NCBI GenBank assembly: GCA_011364965.1
Contig: RDOB01000003.1
Coordinates: 567,822 to 631,821 of the forward strand
Direction: 5' to 3'
Length of the DNA: 64,000 nt
DNA from: Candidatus Heimdallarchaeota archaeon
GTDB taxonomy: Archaea; Asgardarchaeota; Heimdallarchaeia; Hodarchaeales; Hodarchaeaceae
Every line of letters begins with the position of its first letter. Within the stretch, counting starts at the first letter, position 1. The position numbers and the translations under genes are program-made. Positions 9,770-19,596 of this stretch are shown one piece after another. Under the pieces are notes generated by a model. The model had not been told where the DNA came from. It ran no database searches and saw nothing but the letters and a program-made list of their open reading frames with translations.

Positions 9770-10515
9770 TCAACGATTTCAGGCTACTTGAAAAAGGACT
9801 CTTGCTTATGATATCCAAAATAAAATCATAACTCTCTCCTCTCTTGGTGAAGCCCTCCCGAGTATAATCAAAACCTGATCAGCTCCAACGGATTTTAAAA
9901 TATCTAATTTTGTAGTACGATCTACAGCTGTTACTTCTGCACCAAAGTATTTGCAAGCTGGATAACAAAAGAACCTATTGTACCAGTAGCCCCATTAATC
10001 AGTATTTTCCGCTTTTCACGAAGATTTCCTTGTCTAAGGAAATTTAAAGCCTCGATTCCTCCAACAGGAATGGTTGTAGCTTCTTCATAACTAATACTAG
10101 TTGGTTTTAAAGCTAGTACTCCATTATTAGGATCTTCAGAGATAGAAATAAACTCAGCATATGTTTCCATACCCTAAAAATCAGTAGAGGCAAAAACCTG
10201 ATCCCCAACTTGGAATCGTTTCACTTCTTTACCAATAGCTTCTATTTCCCCAGCAAAATCCATACCAAGAATAGTGATTCTCGTCGGTTTTCTAAATCCT
10301 ATATATACACGCATTATAAGCTTGTACCAGAAAGTTAATTTGAGACTGCGCTGTTCACAGTCTCCAGTAGACACAGATGTAGCATGAATTCTCACTAAAA
10401 CCTCATCATCTTGAGGAGGTGGCTTCGGTACCTCCTGAACTAGAAGTACCTTTGGAGAACCATAATCCGTCCATATTACAGCCCTCATTTTGTTTTCACT
10501 CAATTCTAACGCCAA
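9770..10515 (-). pseudogene. Decayed MDR-family NAD(P)-dependent oxidoreductase
   Basis: In-frame TAG at 10174-10176 joins ORFs 10174..10515 and 9931..10170; after a frameshift near 9950 the frame continues KYFGAEVTAVD...GADQVFDY. Confidence 0.85.
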
Positions 10516-10528
10516 TTCTTAAGTAGCT

Positions 10529-11470
10529 CTAAACCACGGTAATAACCACATTACCTCTTTTGCGATAAGAATCAACGTACCGATAAGCTTCCACTATCTC
10601 ATCTAACGAGTAGGTTCGATCTATGACAGCTTTAAACTTCCCTGCTTCACAAAGCTCCTTGAGCTCAGCAAGAAGACCCAGTACTTGATCTTTCTTGATC
10701 TTATCAGAAGATTTATCCACATTGAGGTAAATGCCATTTTTTTTCAATGCTTTCTTATATTCACCTTTATACCTGTCGACCGCATCAAAAATAATGTCGT
10801 AAATTTCACCTAAATTGACAAAATCGGTGGTTTTATAGTCCACAATTACGTCAGCTCCTAATGATTTAACAAAATCGTGATTCGCACCACTACATACGGC
10901 AGTTACTTCTGCACCTAACGTTTTGGCTAATAGGAGGGCAGATGATCCGACACTACCAGAAGCTCCGTAAATAAGCATTTTTTGACCTGGTTTGATATTA
11001 GCCATTTTAATGATCCCCAAAGTCGTAATCCCGCCAGAAGGGATTACTGCTGCCTCCTTAAAACTCAAATTAGCAGGTTTTGAGGTAATAACTCCATTTT
11101 CTTTCATTGTTTTGTATTCAGCGTGCGCCCCAAATTTCTCCCAAACCGTGGAAGCCCAAACTTCATCACCAACCTTGAATTTCCTTACATCTTTTCCAAC
11201 AGCTTCGATTATTCCTGATAACTCCATTCCTAGAACTCCATTCCCAACGCGTCTAAATCCTAGAAATAATCGAGCCAAAATAGACATGAAAAAAGGACCT
11301 GGAATATCTAGCCCCCGCATTCGGGAATCTCCTCGGTGTAATGAGGTAGCATGAATTTTAATCAAAACTTCAGTATCCTTAGGAATAGGTTTGTCAAATT
11401 CTCTTAGTTCTACTACCTCAGGAGGACCATATTTGGTGCAGTAAGCCACTTTCATTTTTTTACCTTCCAT
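10529..11470 (-). CDS. MDR-family (zinc-free, quinone reductase-like) NAD(P)-dependent oxidoreductase
   Basis: YGPPEV, GMELSG, GASGSVG, VIDRTY, KRGNVVI. Confidence 0.9.
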   Translation of the reverse strand: MEGKKMKVAYCTKYGPPEVVELREFDKPIPKDTEVLIKIHATSLHRGDSRMRGLDIPGPFFMSILARLFLGFRRVGNGVLGMELSGIIEAVGKDVRKFKVGDEVWASTVWEKFGAHAEYKTMKENGVITSKPANLSFKEAAVIPSGGITTLGIIKMANIKPGQKMLIYGASGSVGSSALLLAKTLGAEVTAVCSGANHDFVKSLGADVIVDYKTTDFVNLGEIYDIIFDAVDRYKGEYKKALKKNGIYLNVDKSSDKIKKDQVLGLLAELKELCEAGKFKAVIDRTYSLDEIVEAYRYVDSYRKRGNVVITVV

Positions 11471-11724
11471 TTCTTCAACCTTCCTAATTGAGGTCTTTTA
11501 ATACCCGTATATAAGCGCATGGGATATCCTAACATCAGGGTCATCTTCAAACTGCGCATTTCACAGTCACCAGCCATTACCGAAACTGCTTTTACTTTTA
11601 TTAGAACTTCATTTGCCATAGGCGTGGGTTTCTTTACTTCTTGAAACTGAAGGCCATCGGGTGATCCGTATTTCGTCCAGACTGTTGCCTTCATTGCCTC
11701 TCCTTCAGTCACTGTGTTCACCAT
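11452..11724 (-). pseudogene. N-terminal fragment of a third MDR oxidoreductase
   Basis: MKATVWTKYGSPDGL...EVLIKVKAVSV; truncated after about 80 aa. Confidence 0.8.
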
Positions 11725-11886
11725 TCATGTGTTAACAACAAAATAGAATTTGTTTTAATATATTAAGCTTTGAAAACCACTTTCTTTTTTTATCTACATA
11801 TTTACCAGCTAATTGCAGAAATGGAAAAAATAATCGAAAATTATCTTTCTTTGTTTAGAAAGTATATCTTATTCAATTCCAAGTTT

Positions 11887-12384
11887 CTATTTGACTTCCT
11901 CAAATGATTCCTGTTTGAGGTTTAAAGCAAACTCTTTAGCACGTTTAAAATCTTCTGCATTCGGTCGTCCTCTATTGAGACCACCAAAAAACTTTATGAA
12001 ACTATTCGTGTTAAAACCAGGGCAACTAAACTCGCCAATAATCTTGTACCCGTGGGATTGTAATTTTTCCTTGAGCGGAATATGGCATTTGGAAGTATAA
12101 TTTCTGAATTCTTCTGCAAACCGACCTGGAGACCCACTAGTAGAAAAAATAAATGCTTTTTTAGTAGTAACTTGAGGAAGGGTGTCCACAAGATTGAAGA
12201 TAGCTTTGTGATGAGTATCAGAATATATACCCGAACCAAAACCGATCAAATCAAAATTCTTTAGCTCTTCTGGGTTAACTTCTCGTGGAGTTTTGATTTC
12301 AGCATTCAGAACATCTGCAATGACTTTTGCGATCTTTACTGTATTTTGATGATGAATTGACTTCACAATAACTAATATTTTCAT
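11887..12384 (-). CDS. Flavodoxin family protein
   Basis: SIHHQNT, GFGSGIY, FSTSG, GEFSCPG, GRPN. Confidence 0.88.
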   Translation of the reverse strand: MKILVIVKSIHHQNTVKIAKVIADVLNAEIKTPREVNPEELKNFDLIGFGSGIYSDTHHKAIFNLVDTLPQVTTKKAFIFSTSGSPGRFAEEFRNYTSKCHIPLKEKLQSHGYKIIGEFSCPGFNTNSFIKFFGGLNRGRPNAEDFKRAKEFALNLKQESFEEVK

Positions 12385-12688
12385 TTATATGTCTCCAAAG
12401 CAAATATATCAGCAGAGCTTCAGTACAAAAAGATATATTCGTCTTTTATCAACTTAAAAGCCCATATTTGATCATTTCTATAAAAAATTTTTATCTTTCT
12501 TTTTCACCGAAGACAAACTCTGATGCTACTAATCATGATGAATATAAACATTAATTCTCTCAATGTCATGAAGTCTGAAAATTGAAAATATGAAATGATT
12601 GAACCAATCAATTCCAAATATGCTTGCGAATAATTCTTTTCACTTACGAAGTCTAACACTGTTTGTCAGAAGCCAGGATTACTAATAG

Positions 12689-14119
12689 TCTTTATCAACC
12701 AATTCCCCCTCTAGTTGGAAGACTGGCATTTACACATTTGGTATCTTGAACGTATTTCTTCTATTATATTTCTCTTTCAGCAGTCCATCAGTTATTACTC
12801 GCTGGACTGGTAGTAGTTATTTCTTGATAGTTCTGGTATTAGGGATTGTATTTACTTTAATTGGCCTTGTTATTCTCATTAAACCTAATTTAGTGGATCA
12901 AATGCATCTTTGGTTTTTCTGGGGAATTAATATTGTATTTTTAGCCTCTTTAGTCTACACAATCCTTTTGAATCAAGTATTTTTCCCTAGCTCACCCACT
13001 AGCTATCCATTTACTGCACCCTCAACAGCCATCATTCAGGACATTACTCTATTAATTTTTTTATTAACCAGTCCAATTCTGATTATCGATTTTATTTACT
13101 TTTCAAGGCAATTAATTGTGGAAACCCCTTCATTTAGACAAATAAGTGGAAGCTTCACGATAGCTGCATTTTTTTTCCTATTAATGATCTTTGCGCACAT
13201 ATTTACAACTGTTTACGACTATATTCCTGAAATTGGACCCCTTTTCAGAGACCAATTCTGGTTTGTCCATTTGGTAGTAGCCATAGGGATTATGGTCCCA
13301 ATTCTCCAATTAAAAAGTAAAATGGATCTTAACCTCAAACCTATCTCAAAACCTCTACCAAAGCTCTCTATAACCATCATTCTCTTATTAATCCTCACTT
13401 TGGGGTTAGTAATTACTTCACCATATCCACCACTTCCAGAGGATAAATCTTCTCTAAAAATCATAACATATAATATTCGACAAGGATATAGTCTATCGGG
13501 AGTAAAAAACTTAGATGGTCAATTAGCAATTCTAAAAGAAGTAGACGCAGATATCATTGGCTTGCAAGAATCAGATTCAGCCCGGATATCAGGGGGAAAT
13601 TGTGATCCAGTTCGATATTTCGCTAATCACCTTCATATGCACTCCTATTACGGGCCAAAATCAGTCACAGGGACATTTGGGATTGCCCTCCTTTCAAAAA
13701 ACCCCATCAAAACTGCAAGAACTTTTTTCATGTACAGTATTGGCGAGCAAACCGCTTGTATCCATGCGTAAATTAAAGTTAGCACAAAAGGTTTTAATGT
13801 CTTTGTAACGCATCTTGGAAACGGAAGGCCTATTATTCAACAAGAAAATGTCTTAAAAGAAGTTAGTGGTAAGAATAATGTCATATTAATGGGTGATTTT
13901 AACTTTAGACCATACTCTACTCAATATAATCTAACGACCGCTATTCTTAATGATTCATGGACTTTGAAATGGCCATCATGGATTGATGATCAAAATTATA
14001 ACGGTAGTCGCGAGATAGATCATATCTTTGTATCATTTGGAACAATAATTATTAACACACGGATTATTGAAAGCAGTGCATCAGATCATCCAGCAGTTTG
14101 GGCCGAAATAACGATCTGA
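12689..14119 (+). pseudogene. Multi-TM + EEP-domain protein (CWH43/PGAP2IP-like), 5'-truncated, with an internal stop
   Basis: TYNI, GLQESD, YGP...FGIALLSK, in-frame TAA at 13769-13771, then THL, GDFN, IDHIF, SDH in the same frame to 14119. Confidence 0.8.
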
Positions 14120-14124
14120 ACTCC

Positions 14125-15321
14125 TTACTTTAGGATCTTTCTTTTTCTCCCAAGATAAGCTCTGAAAATACCTACCACGACGAACATAGACAGGAGTTCT
14201 CTCAACGTCAAGAAGTCTGTAGATTCTATATCGATTGTAGAAGTACTGCTTGTAGCAGTACTGGTTGTATTCGAGGAAACTTGGGTGTTTCTTAATATCC
14301 AGGAGTTATTAGATGGATGATAAATCCACAGATCGCCGAGGGTGGCTACACTATTTTCAGTACTCAGATAACCACCAAATAAAATTCCTTTATGGTTTAT
14401 CGAGTCATAAACAAATGTTGCACATGTTCTTGGGGATGGAGATACACTCAAACTTAAAATCTCCCATGTATTGGTATTATAATCATAAAGCCAGGTTTCG
14501 CTTAACAGGTTTCCGCCAAATCCTCCAAAAAGGATTCCTTTGTCATTGATGGGATCATAGATCATAGAATGCAAATAGCGGGAACCAGGAGGGGAGGTTG
14601 GGTTTAACTCATTCCATGAATTGGTAGTATAGTCATATTCCCAAGTATCATCCCTATATCCTTCAGCGCTATTTCCTCCAAACAGAATAATTTTCTGATT
14701 AGTAGAATCATACACCATAGTATGCCCATATCGGGCTTCAGGTTTTATAGAGGGATTAAGTTCGGTCCAGATATTTGTAACTGGATCATAAGCCCAGAAT
14801 TCATCATTAATTTTCTCATTTAATCCCCCAAAGAGAATTACTTTTTGATTGACTGGGTCAAAAACCATAGCATGATTATATAATGAAGGGGGAGAAGTTC
14901 CAGTTGATTTTAGAGTCCAAGTATTACTGGGAAATTTAAAGACCCAGGTTTCCGTAGGGCCCCCTCCAAATAGAATTGTTTGGTTTGCAGTAGAATCATA
15001 TACCATAGCATGCGAATCTCTGGCTGAAGGGTGAGTGGTTGGAGCTAGATCCGTCCAGAGGTTGTCGTTATAATTATAAGCCCAAGTATCATCTAAATGT
15101 TGGAATCCTGATGTTAACGTATCCCAACTACCACCAAATAAAATAGTTTGTTGATTGGTAGAATCAAAGACCATTGCATGCATTGTTCTGTCACGAGGAG
15201 AAGTACCTTGGACGATTTCAGCGGTAGTATCACTTAAATCAGCTCTAACAGTATAAAATACAAGATTTATAACAATTAAAAGAATAAAGACCTCTCCAAA
15301 GTTTTTGGGCTTCGCTCTCAA
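14125..15321 (-). CDS. Secreted Kelch-repeat beta-propeller with a C-terminal membrane anchor
   Basis: Six HxMVYD...ILFGG...TW repeats, signal peptide, S/T-rich linker, TM plus basic tail. Confidence 0.9.
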   Translation of the reverse strand: MRAKPKNFGEVFILLIVINLVFYTVRADLSDTTAEIVQGTSPRDRTMHAMVFDSTNQQTILFGGSWDTLTSGFQHLDDTWAYNYNDNLWTDLAPTTHPSARDSHAMVYDSTANQTILFGGGPTETWVFKFPSNTWTLKSTGTSPPSLYNHAMVFDPVNQKVILFGGLNEKINDEFWAYDPVTNIWTELNPSIKPEARYGHTMVYDSTNQKIILFGGNSAEGYRDDTWEYDYTTNSWNELNPTSPPGSRYLHSMIYDPINDKGILFGGFGGNLLSETWLYDYNTNTWEILSLSVSPSPRTCATFVYDSINHKGILFGGYLSTENSVATLGDLWIYHPSNNSWILRNTQVSSNTTSTATSSTSTIDIESTDFLTLRELLSMFVVVGIFRAYLGRKRKILK

Positions 15322-15621
15322 AAGATAGACCTCATGAATTACTTTCTGACCAGTTTTTCAAGAATCCTTGCCTACTAATCTAAAAACAAATCCATCCTAT
15401 CCGATAAAATCTACTATAATAACTTAGGACAGTATTTTCTAAATAGAAATTAATTAGGGCTCAAACATGGGAAATTAGAATTGGATGAATGAGTTTCCCC
15501 TTGCCAAAAATTAGGATTATTCTTTGAGGATTATAACACAGGGAAGAAAAGAAAGATGAATGGCTAAATAAATTCAAATATACTTAGGTAAACTATTTAT
15601 ATATTATAGTATATTTATTAA

Positions 15622-16359
15622 TTGATGATTTACGATAAACCAATTTTTGAGATTTTGCACTTTCTATCAAAAGAAAAAATGACTACATTCACAAATCTTC
15701 AATCAACCATTGTTTCAAATCCAAGAACATTATCCAAGAAATTAAAAATCCTTGTTGAAAAAGACCTCCTTATAAAAGAAGGGAATATTTACAAAATTAC
15801 TGAAAAAGGTTTGGTTTTCTTCGAATTATATCAAAATGCTATATTTCTCCTTCATGGATTTAAAGCTGAATTAAGTAGTCTAAATGTCCCAATCTTGATA
15901 AAATTGGCACTTCAGGAGTACATTAAAATACTGATTAATGAATTAAAAAACAAATTGGGGTGTATTATTCTTTTTGGGTCATATGCAACTGGAACATGGG
16001 ATGAAACCAGTGATATCGATTTGGCATTATTTTTGGAAGACATTAGCGATTTATCCCTGTTGTTTGAACAGCTGACAAAATGCCGTCGAAAATTCAGAGC
16101 ATCACTTAATTATCAGGTGCTAATCCAAAAAGATTATTCCTTTAGAATCCAGCATATTCCGTTCAGCATAAAAGAGACCAAAACATTTCATAATCTTTAT
16201 CCTGATCTAATTACAACAGGGGTAAAACTCTACGATCCAAATGGATATTATGAAGAATTTAAAGAGCAGATCATTGAAAGGATTAAACAAGAAAAATTAA
16301 TGAAAATTTGTAACATCGATGGTACTGAATATTGGAAAAAACTTACCGAGGTGAGGTAG
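15622..16359 (+). CDS. wHTH-fused MNT nucleotidyltransferase antitoxin
   Basis: N-terminal winged helix; LFGSYATG...SDID; directly upstream of a HEPN gene. Confidence 0.88.
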   Translation: MMIYDKPIFEILHFLSKEKMTTFTNLQSTIVSNPRTLSKKLKILVEKDLLIKEGNIYKITEKGLVFFELYQNAIFLLHGFKAELSSLNVPILIKLALQEYIKILINELKNKLGCIILFGSYATGTWDETSDIDLALFLEDISDLSLLFEQLTKCRRKFRASLNYQVLIQKDYSFRIQHIPFSIKETKTFHNLYPDLITTGVKLYDPNGYYEEFKEQIIERIKQEKLMKICNIDGTEYWKKLTEVR

Positions 16360-16360
16360 T

Positions 16361-16768
16361 ATCTCAACAAAAAAAGGAAAACTGGCATTCTTACGCGCAC
16401 AGAGATGGTTGCAAGGGGCTGAAAGAGCGTTAGAAGACAAACGATGGGATGATGTAATATATAGTTCGCAAATGGCGGTTGAGCATGCCATAAAAGCAAT
16501 TCTACTGGAGCAGGGGTTGATTTTCAAACGCGTTCATGATGTGAGTGACGAGTTCTTATCGTTAAAAACGCAAAAATCACTTCCTAAGGAAATTGTATTA
16601 CATATTGATGAACTGTCTGATGTATTAATCTATCTTACCGATCAACGAGCATTTGCAGGATATGGATTTGAAGAAGAAGTCGAGGTGTCTTTTTTCAAAG
16701 AGTTAGCCCCAAAAGCTCTTGAAAAGGCCAAATGGGCTGTAACTATCATCGATCCTTTGTTTATCTAG
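16361..16768 (+). CDS. HEPN domain toxin (ORF track start 16409; frame is open from 16355)
   Basis: SQMAVEHAIKA and RVHDV motifs; first helix ISTKKGKLAFLRAQRWL lies upstream of TTG 16409. Confidence 0.85.
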   Translation: MSTKKGKLAFLRAQRWLQGAERALEDKRWDDVIYSSQMAVEHAIKAILLEQGLIFKRVHDVSDEFLSLKTQKSLPKEIVLHIDELSDVLIYLTDQRAFAGYGFEEEVEVSFFKELAPKALEKAKWAVTIIDPLFI

Positions 16769-17072
16769 GGAATTTGGCTATGCTTATAATAGAGTGCTTT
16801 CCAAACGTTGTTCCGATTATTAAGCCATAAAGAATTGAGAATATTACCGTACTCTTGCGAGAATCGGCAAAATAAAACTCAAAACTACACTAATTATAGA
16901 CAGCTAAGAAGAACGAATTTCATGTGACTCATTTTGCCATATTTTATGATCCTACCTTTCACAATATAAAGGAGTAATGAAGTTTGGCAATTGTCACTAT
17001 CATTTGATAAATAAGAGGATTAAAGCATTATAAACTGACAATTTGTAAAAGTTCGTCTGAACCTAGATGAAA

Positions 17073-17483
17073 TCATTCAATAACTGAAAGAAGACCTTGA
17101 AAATGCCTATCAAAGGTAGCAATATAGACATTGCTCTCGAAAAGTTTCGCCATGACTAAAATCGAACAATCAGTAAATGAGAGTCCATTTTCAAAGTATC
17201 TGAGAAATAATTCCCAAGTAGCGAGAAATTCTGGTTCGCTAAGATGAAGGAGTTTAATTCTAGGTGAATTCAAAATATAATTCCCAATGTCTTCTACGAG
17301 ATTCTTATTGTGAGTTCTTACCAATGTCAATGTAACTGTTTCATCAAATACGAAATTTGAAACAATAATGGAACCAAATCTCCCAGATAAACATTCTTTC
17401 ATAAGGGCTGTCGCTTTAGAATGATTAATATCATCAGAATTACGTATAGCTAGAATGAAACCAGTATCTAAAAATACAACCAC
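17073..17483 (-). CDS. vapC: PIN-domain VapC toxin
   Basis: FLDTG, DET, SFTDC, TFD. Confidence 0.9.
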   Translation of the reverse strand: MVVFLDTGFILAIRNSDDINHSKATALMKECLSGRFGSIIVSNFVFDETVTLTLVRTHNKNLVEDIGNYILNSPRIKLLHLSEPEFLATWELFLRYFENGLSFTDCSILVMAKLFESNVYIATFDRHFQGLLSVIE

Positions 17484-17492
17484 AATAACACC

Positions 17493-17762
17493 TCATTGGT
17501 AAAGATGTTGATCAACAGTAGTTGATGTGTCTTCAATTCCCCACTTCATTGGTTTGGATAATAATTTCCAAGCAATATCATCTTCTAATTCTAGGAGAGG
17601 AGAACCAACTTCATCTTCAAATTTTTTAGCTTCTTGCCGGATTAAGTTACCTAAAATCTCCTTTTTAGTCAGTTTGATTCCCATTAAAATATAACGTGCT
17701 CTTAATCTTTCTAAAAGTTCTTCATCATCTTTTCCTAAACGAACAGTTGTCAATATTCCCAC
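17493..17762 (-). CDS. Putative VapB antitoxin
   Basis: Small RHH-like protein (TTVRL) directly upstream of vapC; ends VDQHLY. Confidence 0.75.
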   Translation of the reverse strand: MGILTTVRLGKDDEELLERLRARYILMGIKLTKKEILGNLIRQEAKKFEDEVGSPLLELEDDIAWKLLSKPMKWGIEDTSTTVDQHLYQ

Positions 17763-17827
17763 TTAGCTCGCAAATCTACGTGAATTCATTAATAATAGCT
17801 ATTTATGCCGTTCTTCTGTGATATACT

Positions 17828-17849
17828 ACAAGTATATAAATATACTTGT
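17828..17849. promoter_or_regulatory. Palindromic operator over the TATA box of the vapBC operon
   Basis: Perfect inverted repeat ACAAGTATAT-AA-ATATACTTGT about 65 bp upstream of the antitoxin. Confidence 0.55.
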
Positions 17850-17910
17850 CTACAAAAAATAAAATAACTAGAAAAAAAATATAGGTAATAAATACTATTT
17901 AGTATATACG

Positions 17911-18230
17911 ATTTTTAGTGTTATTGGCTTGGATCACGCTGGAAAAACTTCGATTCTACATGACTTAAAGACTGGACGTTAGACCTCTCAAACAACTCCC
18001 ATTATTGGAATGAACTCTGAAACAATTACTATTGGTAAGGCCTGGTTTAGAGCTTGGGATCTGGGAGGCAACTACAATTTCGGAGAGCACTCTGGAAACC
18101 TTACACCAAAAATTCAGTAAGCTTGATCTTTGTAATCGATGTGAGTGAACCCAAACGCTATCCAGAAGGTCGAACTTATCGACAGAAGATATTATCCTTC
18201 ACACATCTTGAAACCTTTCCATTAGGAAAA
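17911..18230 (+). pseudogene. Decayed Arf-family small GTPase
   Basis: IGLDHAGKTSIL, TAG at 17980-17982, TTPIIG, WDLGG, frameshift near 18069, then QLQFRRALWKPY...LIFVIDVS. Confidence 0.85.
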
Positions 18231-18402
18231 ATAAAGGGTAATAACTATTGTAGGAGAAAAAGTTGGAGAAAATTGAATATGCAAGACAAATGGTTTAATA
18301 ATGAAAAGGTATCTAAACTCTCCTGAAAATTCATTTTCTTAAACATAAATGGAATACCTAAAATATGGATAAGATCATAATAGAATTAATTCTAGAGACA
18401 TA

Positions 18403-19491
18403 ATGAAGGGAAAAGCAGTGCAAAATGATGTTCTCTTCTCAATTTTTGACCCACAAAAAGGACCTATCATACTCTATTCTACGATAAGCTCCCAAGAAAT
18501 AGCTAAAAAAATAGTTATGAAATCTTACGTGGCTATTGGAGCTATGGAAGGGAAAATTGATCTCGAATCAAAATATGCATTACTACCCCTTCCTAGCTTC
18601 GATAAAATTGCCTTTTACTATATGTTCAAAATCCAGAGTCAAGATGATAGGTCACAAAAATTGTACGCTACTATCACCTTTGCACAAAATAGCTCTGCAA
18701 CAATGAGTTTCTATAGATCACTACCTGAAATACAGAAAAAGGTGTTAGATTCAGTAACTCATCTCCAGGATTGCTTTATATATACAAAAGATGCAATAAC
18801 ATTAGATAATAAAGCTAAAAATATCTTGGAATCTCTCTTAACGATGGAAGCACCAGGTACGGGAACTTTTACTCATTCCATCCCCGCTGAAACAATTATA
18901 TTCGATGATCCAAACTCGGGAAGCTTAAATTTTCTATTAGAATACTTCCAAGATGGATTAGAAAAGGTTATTTTCTCTCTTCTAATGGAAGAGCCAATTC
19001 TCATTCTTGGAACCGTAAGGGACATTGTAGATAAAGTAGTGAAATCCATGGAACTACTAGTACCTCACAGAGTCCTAAAAAAAGAATATTTATTATCGTT
19101 CGTTGATCCGAAAAATAAAGATCTCCTGATCTGTTCTCCGCAAGTGAATTTTTTAAAGAATTACAAAAACATTACGATAGTAGATGTACAATCAAGTAAA
19201 ATTACTAAAAAATCTAGAGACTTACCTTCTATAGGAAATCTAATTCAAACTCTTAAAATAGCTCCCATTGAAACCCAAAAAACTGTGATTCATAACTATA
19301 TTGACAATCTACTCGCAAAAACAGCACAACTTTTAGAGCTTTGCGAGAAAGAACAGATCAGTCAAGAAGAAATTCAAGCTTATCGAAGTGAATTGCAGGG
19401 GGATGAATTGTATGTTGTTATTTCAATGGTCAAAAGATATGCCCCGCAGTTTGAGATCAAATTATTTCATTTCGCACGATCACTTTTCTAG
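18403..19491 (+). CDS. DENN-domain-like protein (uDENN + core DENN)
   Basis: FSIFDPQKGPII (uDENN-type) and FSLLMEEPILILG...MELLVPH (core DENN-type). Confidence 0.7.
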   Translation: MKGKAVQNDVLFSIFDPQKGPIILYSTISSQEIAKKIVMKSYVAIGAMEGKIDLESKYALLPLPSFDKIAFYYMFKIQSQDDRSQKLYATITFAQNSSATMSFYRSLPEIQKKVLDSVTHLQDCFIYTKDAITLDNKAKNILESLLTMEAPGTGTFTHSIPAETIIFDDPNSGSLNFLLEYFQDGLEKVIFSLLMEEPILILGTVRDIVDKVVKSMELLVPHRVLKKEYLLSFVDPKNKDLLICSPQVNFLKNYKNITIVDVQSSKITKKSRDLPSIGNLIQTLKIAPIETQKTVIHNYIDNLLAKTAQLLELCEKEQISQEEIQAYRSELQGDELYVVISMVKRYAPQFEIKLFHFARSLF

Positions 19492-19596
19492 TGGTCATTG
19501 AAATTTGTACCGTTATTTGAATTAATAATTCCCTTTCTAAAGATAAAGAATAATCAGATTTTCTCCTGTTCTATTTAATTCAGCATAAAAAGGCAC

